Of a stretch of 43,654 bases of DNA, positions 24,985-34,645 are shown piece by piece. How positions within the stretch are numbered: the stretch's first letter is position 1; each line of letters opens with the position of its first letter. The DNA is from Atractiella rhizophila (lineage: Eukaryota): positions 62,001 to 105,654 of the forward strand of contig MU271291.1 in assembly GCA_021432655.1 (NCBI GenBank). Reading direction: 5' to 3'. The position numbers and the translations under genes are program-made. The notes under the pieces were generated by a model. That model was given only the letters and a program-made list of their open reading frames with translations. It was not told where the DNA came from and did no database searches.

Positions 24985-26436
24985 ATGCCCCACAAGCGCT
25001 CGACCGCATCGACTTCAAGATCTGCTTCGAAATCAAGCACTTCTACCACTCAAGATGGAAAAATCAAGAAACAACTTGCTTTGAAAGAGAAGGAATTGTA
25101 TGCTGAGCAGGAGAAGAATGCACAGCTCCTAAGGGAGATTGCAGCTGCTAAAGGTGTGTCGTATTGTTTGCTAGTTGTCTGGGTCATGGGAGGAATGGGA
25201 AAAAGTGTGTGGCAAATTCTGTCAACTAGAACGAGGAGGCTATCTGTGCTATTCTCTGCGGACAGCAGTGCTGACGAAACCATTGAGATCAGTTTCGTGA
25301 TTTCTTAGCCTAAAATATCAAGAGTTCCATTTCTAAATGCTGATTGGCTGGTCAAAAGCTCAAGCACTCCAGGATCGTGCCAGGCTCAAGAGAGCGACAG
25401 CTGTTCCACGAAAGAAGATACCAAAGGTTACAGGTACTATTGGTGCCAAAGGCTTTAACCTGCAGAAGGTGCTTGGGGTGGACGATAAGGAATACCGAAA
25501 GTTTCGGGTCAGCATTTTCCTCTCCGGTCAGTTCCTTATATTTGGCTCATAGATGTTAGTCTGCTGTCCGAATCCACACCATGGCCCAGAACCTCCCTCT
25601 ACGTACCGTTGTATGGAATCAACTTGATCAAGGGAAGCTGCGTGCCGCTCAGGAAGCGGTATGGCGTTAGTATGACCTCTGACCACTGTTGATGTGATAG
25701 TAGGTTGCCTCACTCTTCCCGGAGCTTGACAAGAAACATGAAGACCTCAAGTACTATGTGGAGCGTTACCAAGTTCAAGTCTGCAAGGTTCAGCGTGAGG
25801 AAGAACGGAAAGCGCAAGGGGGAGTGAAGGAAGCGATCAGGAGCAGCAGTTCAGTGGCGACGAGGACAGGAAATGAGGACATCGACAGCGAGGTTGGAGC
25901 TGAACAGCATGGCATGTCGCCGGTTCCCGAACAGCACAGTGAGGTAGAAACACTTGAGGAGGAAGAGGAAGAAGGATTGTTTCTTGAGGACGAACATCTT
26001 ATTCGGGACAAGCGTGTTGGGCAAATGGTTGATGATGATTATGATTATGACGGAATGGTATGTCTAAAGGTTGAATATTTATTTTGAGGGATCCTCACAT
26101 AAGGAACAGATTCCTGCCCTCACAAATCAGAGTCCCAACACTACACCGACAAAGATGAACACTCGTGCCGGAAACAAGCGTCGAGTTGCACCAGCTTCGG
26201 AAGACGAGGGTTCTGAGTCGGAATTATGTGCTCTAAAGAAACGGAAGATCATTGGCAGCCGCACAATAGTCACAAGGAAGGTGAACTCTGCTTTTGGTGC
26301 TGGGAGGAAGGGGAGAAAAGACTCAATTATGCAGTTTGAAGGGCAGCAACGCGAAAGTTCTGTCGGATTTGATGTAAGTGTCTTCATGCGTTTTCTCTCA
26401 GCTTGTAGAGGTCCTGATTCCATTTTACAGTTCTAG
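24985..26436 (+). CDS. Transposon-borne second gene, uncharacterised ~346-aa protein (candidate TnpA-like accessory factor)
   Basis: Inferred exons 24985-25153, 25359-25507, 25560-25658, 25704-26057, 26110-26373, 26431-26436, all GT-AG and phase-compatible, 1041 nt. Coiled coil, then IPKVTGTIGAKGFNLQKVLG...FPELDK core, acidic tract and basic NLS-like LKKRK. Confidence 0.7.
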
Positions 26437-26956
26437 AAATCACGTCTTCATATTCAAGGTACGGCGTTCTTTTGGCTTCAGTGTCTCTCAAACCATGCTG
26501 ATTGCTTACGAGCTAGGTAAAAATAATTTCTTTGTTTATATCGCCAGATTCCAACTGCACGTGGGTACTTTCTAACAAATACCAACGGAATATGAACCTG
26601 ATGTCGATGACAGTGTCAAGAAACATCTCCCTTGTCAGATAATTATTTATCACTGTGTCCATATTGCATTAGGAAAGTGAAATACATGTGCATAATTGAT
26701 CCTAAAGGGTAGCAGCAAGTGTTACAAGTGTCAACGAGCGAAGAAATCAAGGAGCGCAGGAGCTGTAGCCAATTGTTAGGATCTGCCATCAGGTGCACGC
26801 AGGTCGCCTGCCACTAGCCATCAGGTTCTTGCAATATAGCTGACGGTTGGCAGTAGGCCACCTGATGATTGGACAAATCGCCGCGATCAGGTTGCCTGAT
26901 GGAGTTTCAGCAGGTAGCGTTCTCCTAACCGGAAGGCCGCCTGCTGAATTTGGTGG

Positions 26957-26987
26957 CAGGCCACCTTCCGAAAAGCTTTCTTCGGTG
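26957..26987 (-). repeat. Right terminal inverted repeat
   Basis: Reverse complement is caccgaagaaagcttttcggaaggtggcctg; immediately followed by the TATC duplication. Confidence 0.85.
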
Positions 26988-27891
26988 TATCCCTTCATCT
27001 TTGGCCCACTTGAGCATGGCTATAGTATTCAGAGCACAAGTCTAATCAGCCCGCATCCTGAGTATAACGTGCCCTAAATACTCACAACGACTGACGACCG
27101 GTGGAACGAGCATGTCCTGCTCTCCCAACAGGAAGCAGGTGTCCACAAACCTGTAAGCTGGATAGTTGATGTAGCCGTTGAAAGATTTGGTTGACTGTTT
27201 GTCTACAGCTGGCACGTAATATTTGTCGCGCAATTCTTCAGCTGTTGAATCGGGCGTCGTCACGCTCCTTCGCCCAACGAGAGCCAGACGCTCACCTTCC
27301 TCTATCGGGACGTCGCAGAACGCATACCTCCAACTTTCCGGATGGTTCTGCATGTAGTCGTTCTACAATTGTTCCTTCACAAGGGAATAGGACAGGAAGA
27401 GGAGAGAGGACACACGGGAGAGTCCTTCATGGCCTCAGGCAGAGACTCTCCCATCACATCACGGATCGACTTCCCAGGTGGAGGAATGAATGACGCGAGG
27501 TAAGCGAGCGCAATCACGCCTCCTTTCTTCCCTTCTTTTGCCCGATCAGCAGCTATTAATCCCTTACAAGCTTGTGTTCCAGGAAACCCGCCGTAGCTCG
27601 ACATGGCCACAACAACGTGCTGGCCACTCATCGTCAGCCCACATCACCATCACTCGAGCCAGAAGGGACGCGAACCTTTCCTTGCTCCGCCAACTTTCGG
27701 ATCTGTGCAGCTATCTGTGTCACGTCGTCCTCGAAACTTGCTGGGCCCTCCGGTCTCTCTCCCACGGAAGCCAAATCCGTAGGGTACACCTCGTAACCCA
27801 AGCTCCGAAGTCGAGGGGTAACTCGAGCGAAACACGGTTCAGCGAAGACTGAAGCGCCGGGGATCAGGACGAAGGCAATCATGTTGAGCAT
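26988..27891 (-). pseudogene. Alpha/beta-hydrolase copy A, 5' part, interrupted in the last exon by the transposon
   Basis: IAFVLIPGA, VVVAMSSYGG, GGVIALAYLASF, FLLGEQDML. The last exon MLKWAKDEGI runs into the TIR and terminates (HRRKLFGRWPATKFSRRPSG*) without the HAPF motif. Confidence 0.88.
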
Positions 27892-27969
27892 ATCTTTATG
27901 AGGATGGAACGTTTTGCTTGGTGATCTGAGTGGCTTGACTGGATGGAGAGAGGACGCGAGCCCATGTCG

Positions 27970-27976
27970 TTTTATA
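27970..27976 (-). promoter_or_regulatory. Putative TATA box of hydrolase copy A (equivalents at ~29546-29552 for B and ~31089-31095 for C)
   Basis: TATAAAA on the minus strand ~80 bp upstream of the ATG; positionally conserved in all three paralogs (TATAAGA in C). Confidence 0.5.
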
Positions 27977-28440
27977 CGCCTTCTCTCGGTTCTTCCTATC
28001 CGCTTCGATGTAAGCTGCTCATATTTTGTGACAAGTATTTCATTCCGGATATCAGCAACTCGATATACTTGATAACTCAGCTTTCAGAATCTTCGTAATC
28101 GAATGACAACACGCCTTCGTGAGGCGAACTCCTCTCCTGTACACTCACCACGTACTCCGATGTCCAGCGCGTCCACGTCCAGAGCCGACCTACCTTCGTT
28201 CAGCTGCCATATTTTATACTACTTGAATGTTCTGTTGGAAGTACCGATGTGTTTTCCCGTCGTCTAACCTATTTGGCTTTTTCTTGCTTTGTCCTCCTCT
28301 ACTTTATGACGGCCGTGAGGCGTCGAAAGGGGTTTCTGCACCATTTGAGGCACATTGATTTACTATAAATCGCAGCAGCAGCATTCCTGTTAACCCGCAT
28401 TGCACTTAAGTCCATGCTGGTCAGGCACCCACTGTCCCTT

Positions 28441-29466
28441 CTACCTTCCAGTTGTTTTAACAGTCTTGACGAGAAACTCCACCGTTTCGTCCACCTTCGT
28501 AAGGAACGGAGCGTGACCAGCCTTGATTGAGGTTATCTTGACTTCTACGCCTTCATTTTTGGCCCATTCGAGCATAGCTATCCACACCAGTTACCTCCCA
28601 TTTCCCAACTTCAGCATGCGTTGAACACATACAGTGACTGGTGGCTGGCGGAATGACCATGTCTAGCTCTCCCAAGAGGAAGTAGGTGTCCACGAACTTG
28701 TAAGCTGGATAATCGATGGCGGATCCGGTGAAGGATTTGGTGGACTGCTTGTCTGTTCCTGGCAAGAAATATTTGTCACGCAATTCCTGAGCTGTGGATT
28801 TAAACATCGTCAAGTTATCCTCCATTCAAGTGACCAAGGAAAGAACACCGGCCTTCATCCAGACGCTCACCTTCCTCTATCGGGACGTCGCAGAACGCAT
28901 ACCTCCAACTTTCCGGATGGTTCTGCATGTAGTCGTTCTACAATTTTCCTTTACGAGGGATAGGACAGGAAGAGGAAGGAAGGACACACGGGAGAGTCCT
29001 TCATGGCCTCAGGCAGAGACTCTCCCATCACATCGCGGATCGACTTCCCAGGTGGAGGAATGAATGACGCAAGGTATGCGAGCGCAACCACACCTCCCTT
29101 CTTCCCTTCTTTGGCCCGATCAGCAGCTATTAATCCCTTACAAGCTTGTGTTCCAGGAAACCCGCCGTAGCTCGACATGGCCACAACGACGTCCTGGCCA
29201 CTCATCGTCAGCGCACATCTCCATCACTCGAGCCAGAAGGGAACGCGAGCCTTTCCTTCCTCCGCCAACTTTCGGATCTGTGCAGCTATCTGTGTCACGT
29301 CGTCCTCGAAACTTGCTGGGCCCTTCGGTCTCTCTCCCACAGAAGCCAAATCCGTAGGGTGCACCTCGTAACCCAAGCTCCGAAGTCGCGGGGTAACTCG
29401 AGCGAAACACGGTTCAGCGAAGACTGAAGCGCCGGGGATGAGGACGAAGGCAATCATGTTGGGCAT
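28441..29466 (-). CDS. Alpha/beta-hydrolase copy B (Abhydrolase_6 / methylesterase-like), chimeric A/C gene, apparently intact, 5 exons
   Basis: FVLIPGA oxyanion strand, MSSYGG nucleophile elbow, LGELDMVIP acid region, AGHAPF His; stop at 28441-28443. Confidence 0.88.
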
Positions 29467-30041
29467 ATCTTTATGACGATGGAACGTTTTGCTTAGTGAT
29501 TTGAGTGGCTTGACTGGATGGGAGAAAGGACGCGAGTCCATGTCGTTTTATACGCCTTCTCTCGGTTCTTCCTATCCGCTTCGATGTAAGCTGCTCATAT
29601 TTTGTGACAAGTATTTCATTCCGGATATCAGCAACTCGATATACTTGATAACTCAGCTTTCAGAATCTTCGTAATCGAATCACAACACACCTTCGTGAGG
29701 CGAACTCCTCTCCTGTACACTCGCCACGTACTCCGATGTCCAGCGTGTCCAGGTCCGCCGACCTACCTTCATTCAGCTGTCATATTTCTACTATACACTA
29801 CTTGAATGTTCTGTTAGAATTATTTATTTTCCCTGCTGCGGTCTGCCGTCTAACGTATTTAACTTTTTCTTGCTTTATTCTCCTCTACTTTATAACGGAC
29901 GTTCGGCGTCGAAAGGAGTTTCTGAACCATCTGAGGCAAATTGATTTACTATAAATCACAGCAGCAGCATTCCTGTTAACCCGCGTTGCTTAAGTCCATG
30001 CTCGTCATTCACCTAATGTCCCTTCTACCGTCAAGTTGAAA

Positions 30042-31037
30042 TCACTCTTTTTTAACAGTCTTGACGAGAAACTCCACCGTTTCGTCCACCTTCGTAAGGA
30101 ACGGAGCGTGACCAGCCTTGATTGAGGTTATCTTGACTTCTACGCCTTCATTTTTAGCCCATTCGAGCATAGCTATCCACACCAGTTACCTCCCACTTCC
30201 CAACTTCAGCATGCGTTGAACACATACAGTGACTGGTGGCTAGCGGAATGACCATGTCTAGCTCTCCCAAGAGGAAGTAGGTGTCCACGAACTTGTAAGC
30301 TGGATAATCGATGGCGGACCCGGTGAAGGATTTGGTGGACTGCTTGTCTGTTCCTGGCAAGAAATATTTGTCACGCAATTCCTGAGCTGTGGATTTAAAC
30401 GTCGTCAAGTAATCCTCCATTCAAGTGACTGGGGAAAGAACACCCACCTTCATCCTCCGCAACATCACAGAAGAGGTACCTCCAACTTTCGGGATGACCT
30501 TCCATGTAATCATTCTACAGATCAAAATGAGATTTTTCTTTCACAAGCAGCGGAAATAAGGGGAGACACACTGGAGACTCCTTCATAGCTTCAGGCAGAG
30601 ACTCTCCCATCACGTCACGGATCGTTTTTCCTGGTGGAGGAATGAATGACGCGAGGTATGCGAGCGCAACCACGCCTCCTTTCTTCCCTTCTTTTGCACG
30701 ATCTGCAGCCGTCAACCCCTTGCAAGCTTGTGTGCCTGGGAACCCGCCGTAGCTCGACATGGCGACGACTATGTCCTGTTTCAGATCATCAGCGCCGCCC
30801 AGCGGCACTTCAAAAGCTCGCCTTTTCTTGCTCTACCAGCTTTCGGATCTGTGCCGATATCTGTTCAACGTCGTCCTCGAAACTCGCTGGACCCTCCGGT
30901 CTCTCTCCCACGGAAGCCAAATTCGTAGGGTACACCTCGTAGCCCAAGCTCTGAAGTCGAGGGGTAACTCGAGCGAAGCAAGGTCCAGCGAAGGCGGTGG
31001 CTCCAGGGATGAGGACGAAGGCGATCGTGTCTGACAT
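30042..31037 (-). CDS. Alpha/beta-hydrolase copy C, apparently intact, 5 exons
   Basis: MSDTIAFVLIPGA, DIVVAMSSYGG, GGVVALAYLASF, LGELDMVIP, AGHAPF...VKTVKKE*. Confidence 0.88.
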
Positions 31038-31599
31038 GTTGAGCTTGTTAATTCCAGTGGGTTGATGGGGGGACAGCTGGTCTCGTGCTCTTATAGGCCA
31101 TCTAGTTCAGTCGGCTCATTATTCCCGCTTCGACGGTAAGCTGGCTGTTGCTGCCTGACCAATCCATTCCGGAAGTAGTCTCGTTCGTGCGAGTGGACTT
31201 GCATTGCTTCATAGACCAAAGGCGAGGAAATTGATTGGTAATATGCCATCCTCAAGAGAATATGCTCTTCTCACGCGCAGTCACACCGCGTACTCCGGCG
31301 TCACGCGTCAACCCCGAAACAATCTCCCTTGGGTTGGCCACAGCCGGTATTCTCCTTAACCGCCTTCTGCCATCTCATAGATGTTCTCCCGTGTGCACCA
31401 GTGACATAGCCGTTGTTTCTTCAGCGTCTGATGTTTCCTGTCACCAATTTGTGACTCTAGCCGATAGACAGCAATTCCTTTGCATGTGTCAACACCGCTG
31501 TGACAAGAAAGCTCGATGCCGCACCTGCCCCAACTACCTGTGTTAAATAATCTAAACTACACAATGTCAAAGACCTACAAAATCAACGAATTGTTGCCC

Positions 31600-32705
31600 T
31601 CAACCACTGGCGGCCGCCACTGAGGTTCTTTTGACAGCAAACGGGTCGCGAGGTGAAGGAGAGGATGACCATTTGGAAGGAATTGACGCAAGACATGGGA
31701 AATAATCAGACCAACGGCCCATCGATCTGCGGGAATCGGAGCAATGTTTGCTCTGGCCCGTCTTCTGTTCCAAGTTCAGGAGCCACCGATGGTCGAGTTC
31801 CTCGATATCCTTTAAGACGGTTTTGTCGTTGATTTCGCGAGGCAATCCGAAATCAATGATCTAAGGCATCTGAGATAGCAACGAGGTTGTTGGTTTGAGA
31901 TCCAGGTGAACGAATCCATGGCGATGCATGAAACCCTCGCCATCGACAAGCTGTTGCGCCAAATACATCGTTAACGGCGTATTCACAACCAAGAACGGTA
32001 GATGCGTCCCGCGGGGAAGAACAAGCAGCAGGCGGTCGTGTAATTCCAAAACTTCGCATATGTCTACTGTATGATTTTTGATGCCAGATATGCTGGTGAG
32101 GTCTAGTGAATCTGAGGTTCCCAAGGGCTGGATGTGCGTTTTATCAGCACAGGCGTGCCACCGTCTAGTTACAAGGCTGCTACCACGGACAAACTCAAAC
32201 CCTGGCATCACGCATCAACAGGGAGTCGAAGACCGAAAATACATACATCTCCATATGGAATTCAAGAAACTTCTAGACCTCGACGACTCCGGCTGAAAAC
32301 CCAAATCACGAAGTAAGGTTGCAAATGTGGAACATCAAGATGTTCGTCGTCTAGTGCGTCGCTTTCATTGCTTCACGAGTTGTTTGCGTTTCTTCCTCGA
32401 GGCGCCGAACGACGGAAGCTGGCCAGATGTGTTTAGGAAGGCCTGGATTTTGGTTGGTCGCCTCTTGATTTCATTGTCCGGGGAATCGATCACGTCTGAG
32501 CAGTTGTATAGCTCACGAAGGAAATTGAATGCTTCCTCACACTTGCGAAGATCGAATCGGTATTCCGAGTATTTCACTGTTTTCTGCGAGAAATGAGATT
32601 AATGAGATCTCAGAAGTGACACGGGAAGAGGCAAATTGCTACTCACTGAGCCTGAATCAATAGGTGGAGCGCGCCAACGATTGGGGCTAGGTAGAAATGC
32701 GACAT
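31600..32705 (-). pseudogene. Degenerate protein-kinase pseudogene
   Basis: FMHRHGFVHLDLKP, then a TAG (31861-31863) directly before IIDFGL. NNLV, GYRGTRPSVAPE and ADRWAVG are recognisable, with NNLV and GYRGT..APE in frames shifted relative to HLDLKP/DFG. 5' boundary approximate. Confidence 0.75.
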
Positions 32706-33948
32706 GGGTTTGCATTAGAATCATAGTCATAAAAATTTTGAGCACTGTCACGATGTTGAAAGTGACTTTTGTACCCGCGGCGTGCCATATCCACCTGCAT
32801 CAGAGGTGGACTTGATCGTCGTCAGAAAGTCTTCTTCCCTGATGGGTAGCATTGGGTCAAGCATCCACAATGCAAATTATTTAGAATGTGGATTGCACGG
32901 TGTTTTTTTTTGCCAACGTTGGTTCGAATTTTCCTCTCCATGTCTTGGACCGAGTGATTGGAGGAAATTATGACAGATGTCGCTATGGCAATCTTGATTT
33001 CCCAAAAACTTGATGAAAAGCACGTTCCTTGTTTGGAGGCAGCACTTGCCCGTTTTGCAATTCCTTCTATGGGCATTTCGAATGGGCTCTTTCTAGCTCA
33101 ACTGCAGAGTGTGCAGAGCACTAGCCTGCATTGGGATCCAAATCGTTATACATAGAAAGATATCAGGTTAAAATGGCTGCATGCCTGGCTGGGGAAGCGC
33201 CGACGCCTTCCTTATGTTTTTACAACTGCATCCTGGACAGTCTCTGATCTAGTTTTGGATCGAATTGGACCCACAAGAGGGGTTTCTTCGACCAAACTGT
33301 TGTCTCGATGGGCGTCTCACCATTCTAATGAATAGCAAGATTATCACTTGTACTGTTTTTTCTGCTACAACAATCGCGGAAAGAAGAATCCTAGATAAAT
33401 AGAACATATGATCATGGGTTATTGGGCTACTTCAATTTCGGGTGTGGCCAGAAAGCGTAACGCAAATATGAAGAGGGTTGCAAGAGCGCGATGCACTAAC
33501 AATCTCGTCTCCTTGGTGAACATCGGCTCAAATTCTCCAGAATAACAAACAAGCAGCTCGAATAAACAATTCCTCTTTTCAACTTGTGGCTTTAAGACGT
33601 CAACGCGTCAACCTGACGAGACGCTCGAATGAGAACGGACCATTCAACGTTTGGTAATGAACCTAATGCCGCCCGTTGCCGCTTCTTGTCCACAAATACA
33701 TCTACTTGGATCTCTCAACAGGTAGAGCTTTCGTACCTGCTTTGCCTGAATCACAATCTCAATCTCGCTCAACAGACCACTATTTCCTCGTGATCAAGAA
33801 CCAAAAGCTGTGACTTCGGGATAGTCACGTTCCTCAATTCACCTTCTACTTCGGCTGAAGCAACTCACGAGCACTTGAGCAGTTCAGGCATCATATAATC
33901 ACAGCTTCATACACTCGTGATACCCACATAATAGCAGCACCCATTCCA

Positions 33949-34382
33949 ATGTCCACTCGTTGGCTCTCCAGCACTGTCGCTCTCTCGCGCACAATTCTGC
34001 CAGTCGCTCGTACCTTCTTGCCTATGTCAACACGCTTCAGTAAGCTTTTCCTAGCCGTCTTTCCTTTACGAACTGACCTGAACATTGCTCAGGCTCCACC
34101 GACACCACCTCTTCACCCACTCCTCCCGCCCGTTCACGTCCGCAGAAAAAGCGACCAATTTCCTCGGCTCCAGGAGGAACTGTGCTGTCCAACCTCGCCA
34201 TTCACAAAGGAGAGTCGGATCCTGTGGCTCTGGACGACTCTGAGTACCCGGAGTGGTTGTGGAGTTTGTTGGATGCGAAACCGAGCAAACAGGAGAAGGA
34301 GAGCTTGGAATTTATGAAGAAGACAGGGAAGAAGGAGAGGAGGGAGAAGATTAAGTTGAGCAATATGTTGAGCAAACGATAG
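33949..34382 (+). CDS. MRPL37: Mitochondrial large-subunit ribosomal protein mL54 (yeast Mrpl37 family), 2 exons
   Basis: Arg/Ser-rich presequence; one gtaagc...ctcag intron; SSAPGGTVLSNLAIHKGESDPVALDDSEYPEWLWSLL and RREKIKLSN signature. Confidence 0.9.
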
Positions 34383-34645
34383 CTGCTCGTGGTGCTGGTG
34401 TTTCCAGGGATTGGAATGGAGGAATGTGAGGCTCCATTGTCTATTCGTTCTTTTTTTATTGGATGGGAGAAGAGTGCATGTGCATTTAAAATGGTCACAG
34501 ACATGCAACATTCAACATTCAACATTTGAACATGGGCAGCAATTGAAGTGGTGTAAAGAAGGAAGGGCGAGAAGCCAGTACCTATGCACGAACACAAACT
34601 TCTCATTTCCACCCTTCTCTCCACACGAAAGCCGACCATATTTCT

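Larger units (their letters stand above)
20763..26987 (-). mobile_element. Full-length CMC/CACTA (En/Spm)-type DNA transposon, 6,225 bp
   Basis: Ends 5'-CACCG...CGGTG-3'; imperfect 31-bp TIRs; TATC direct repeat on both sides (20759-20762, 26988-26991); the empty site matches the uninterrupted paralogs (ttgacttc-tacg-ccttcatttttggccc); encodes a Tnp2-family transposase and a second gene. Confidence 0.93.
27284..30455. repeat. Tandem segmental duplication, two units of ~1.58 kb (27284-28860 and 28859-30455)
   Basis: Colinear near-identity including the intergenic DNA (e.g. 27962-28110 vs 29538-29690; 28455-28830 vs 30052-30430); CC microhomology at all three boundaries. Confidence 0.9.

Noticed and set aside
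26780..26987. Short palindromic repeats considered as a CRISPR-like array
   Set aside because: Eukaryotic context; repeats are 11-15 bp, degenerate and irregularly spaced; explained as transposon subterminal motifs.
29467..29541. N-terminal extension MDSRPF... of hydrolase B
   Set aside because: This ATG lies only ~5 bp from the putative TATA box and copy C has no equivalent extension; the downstream ATG is preferred.
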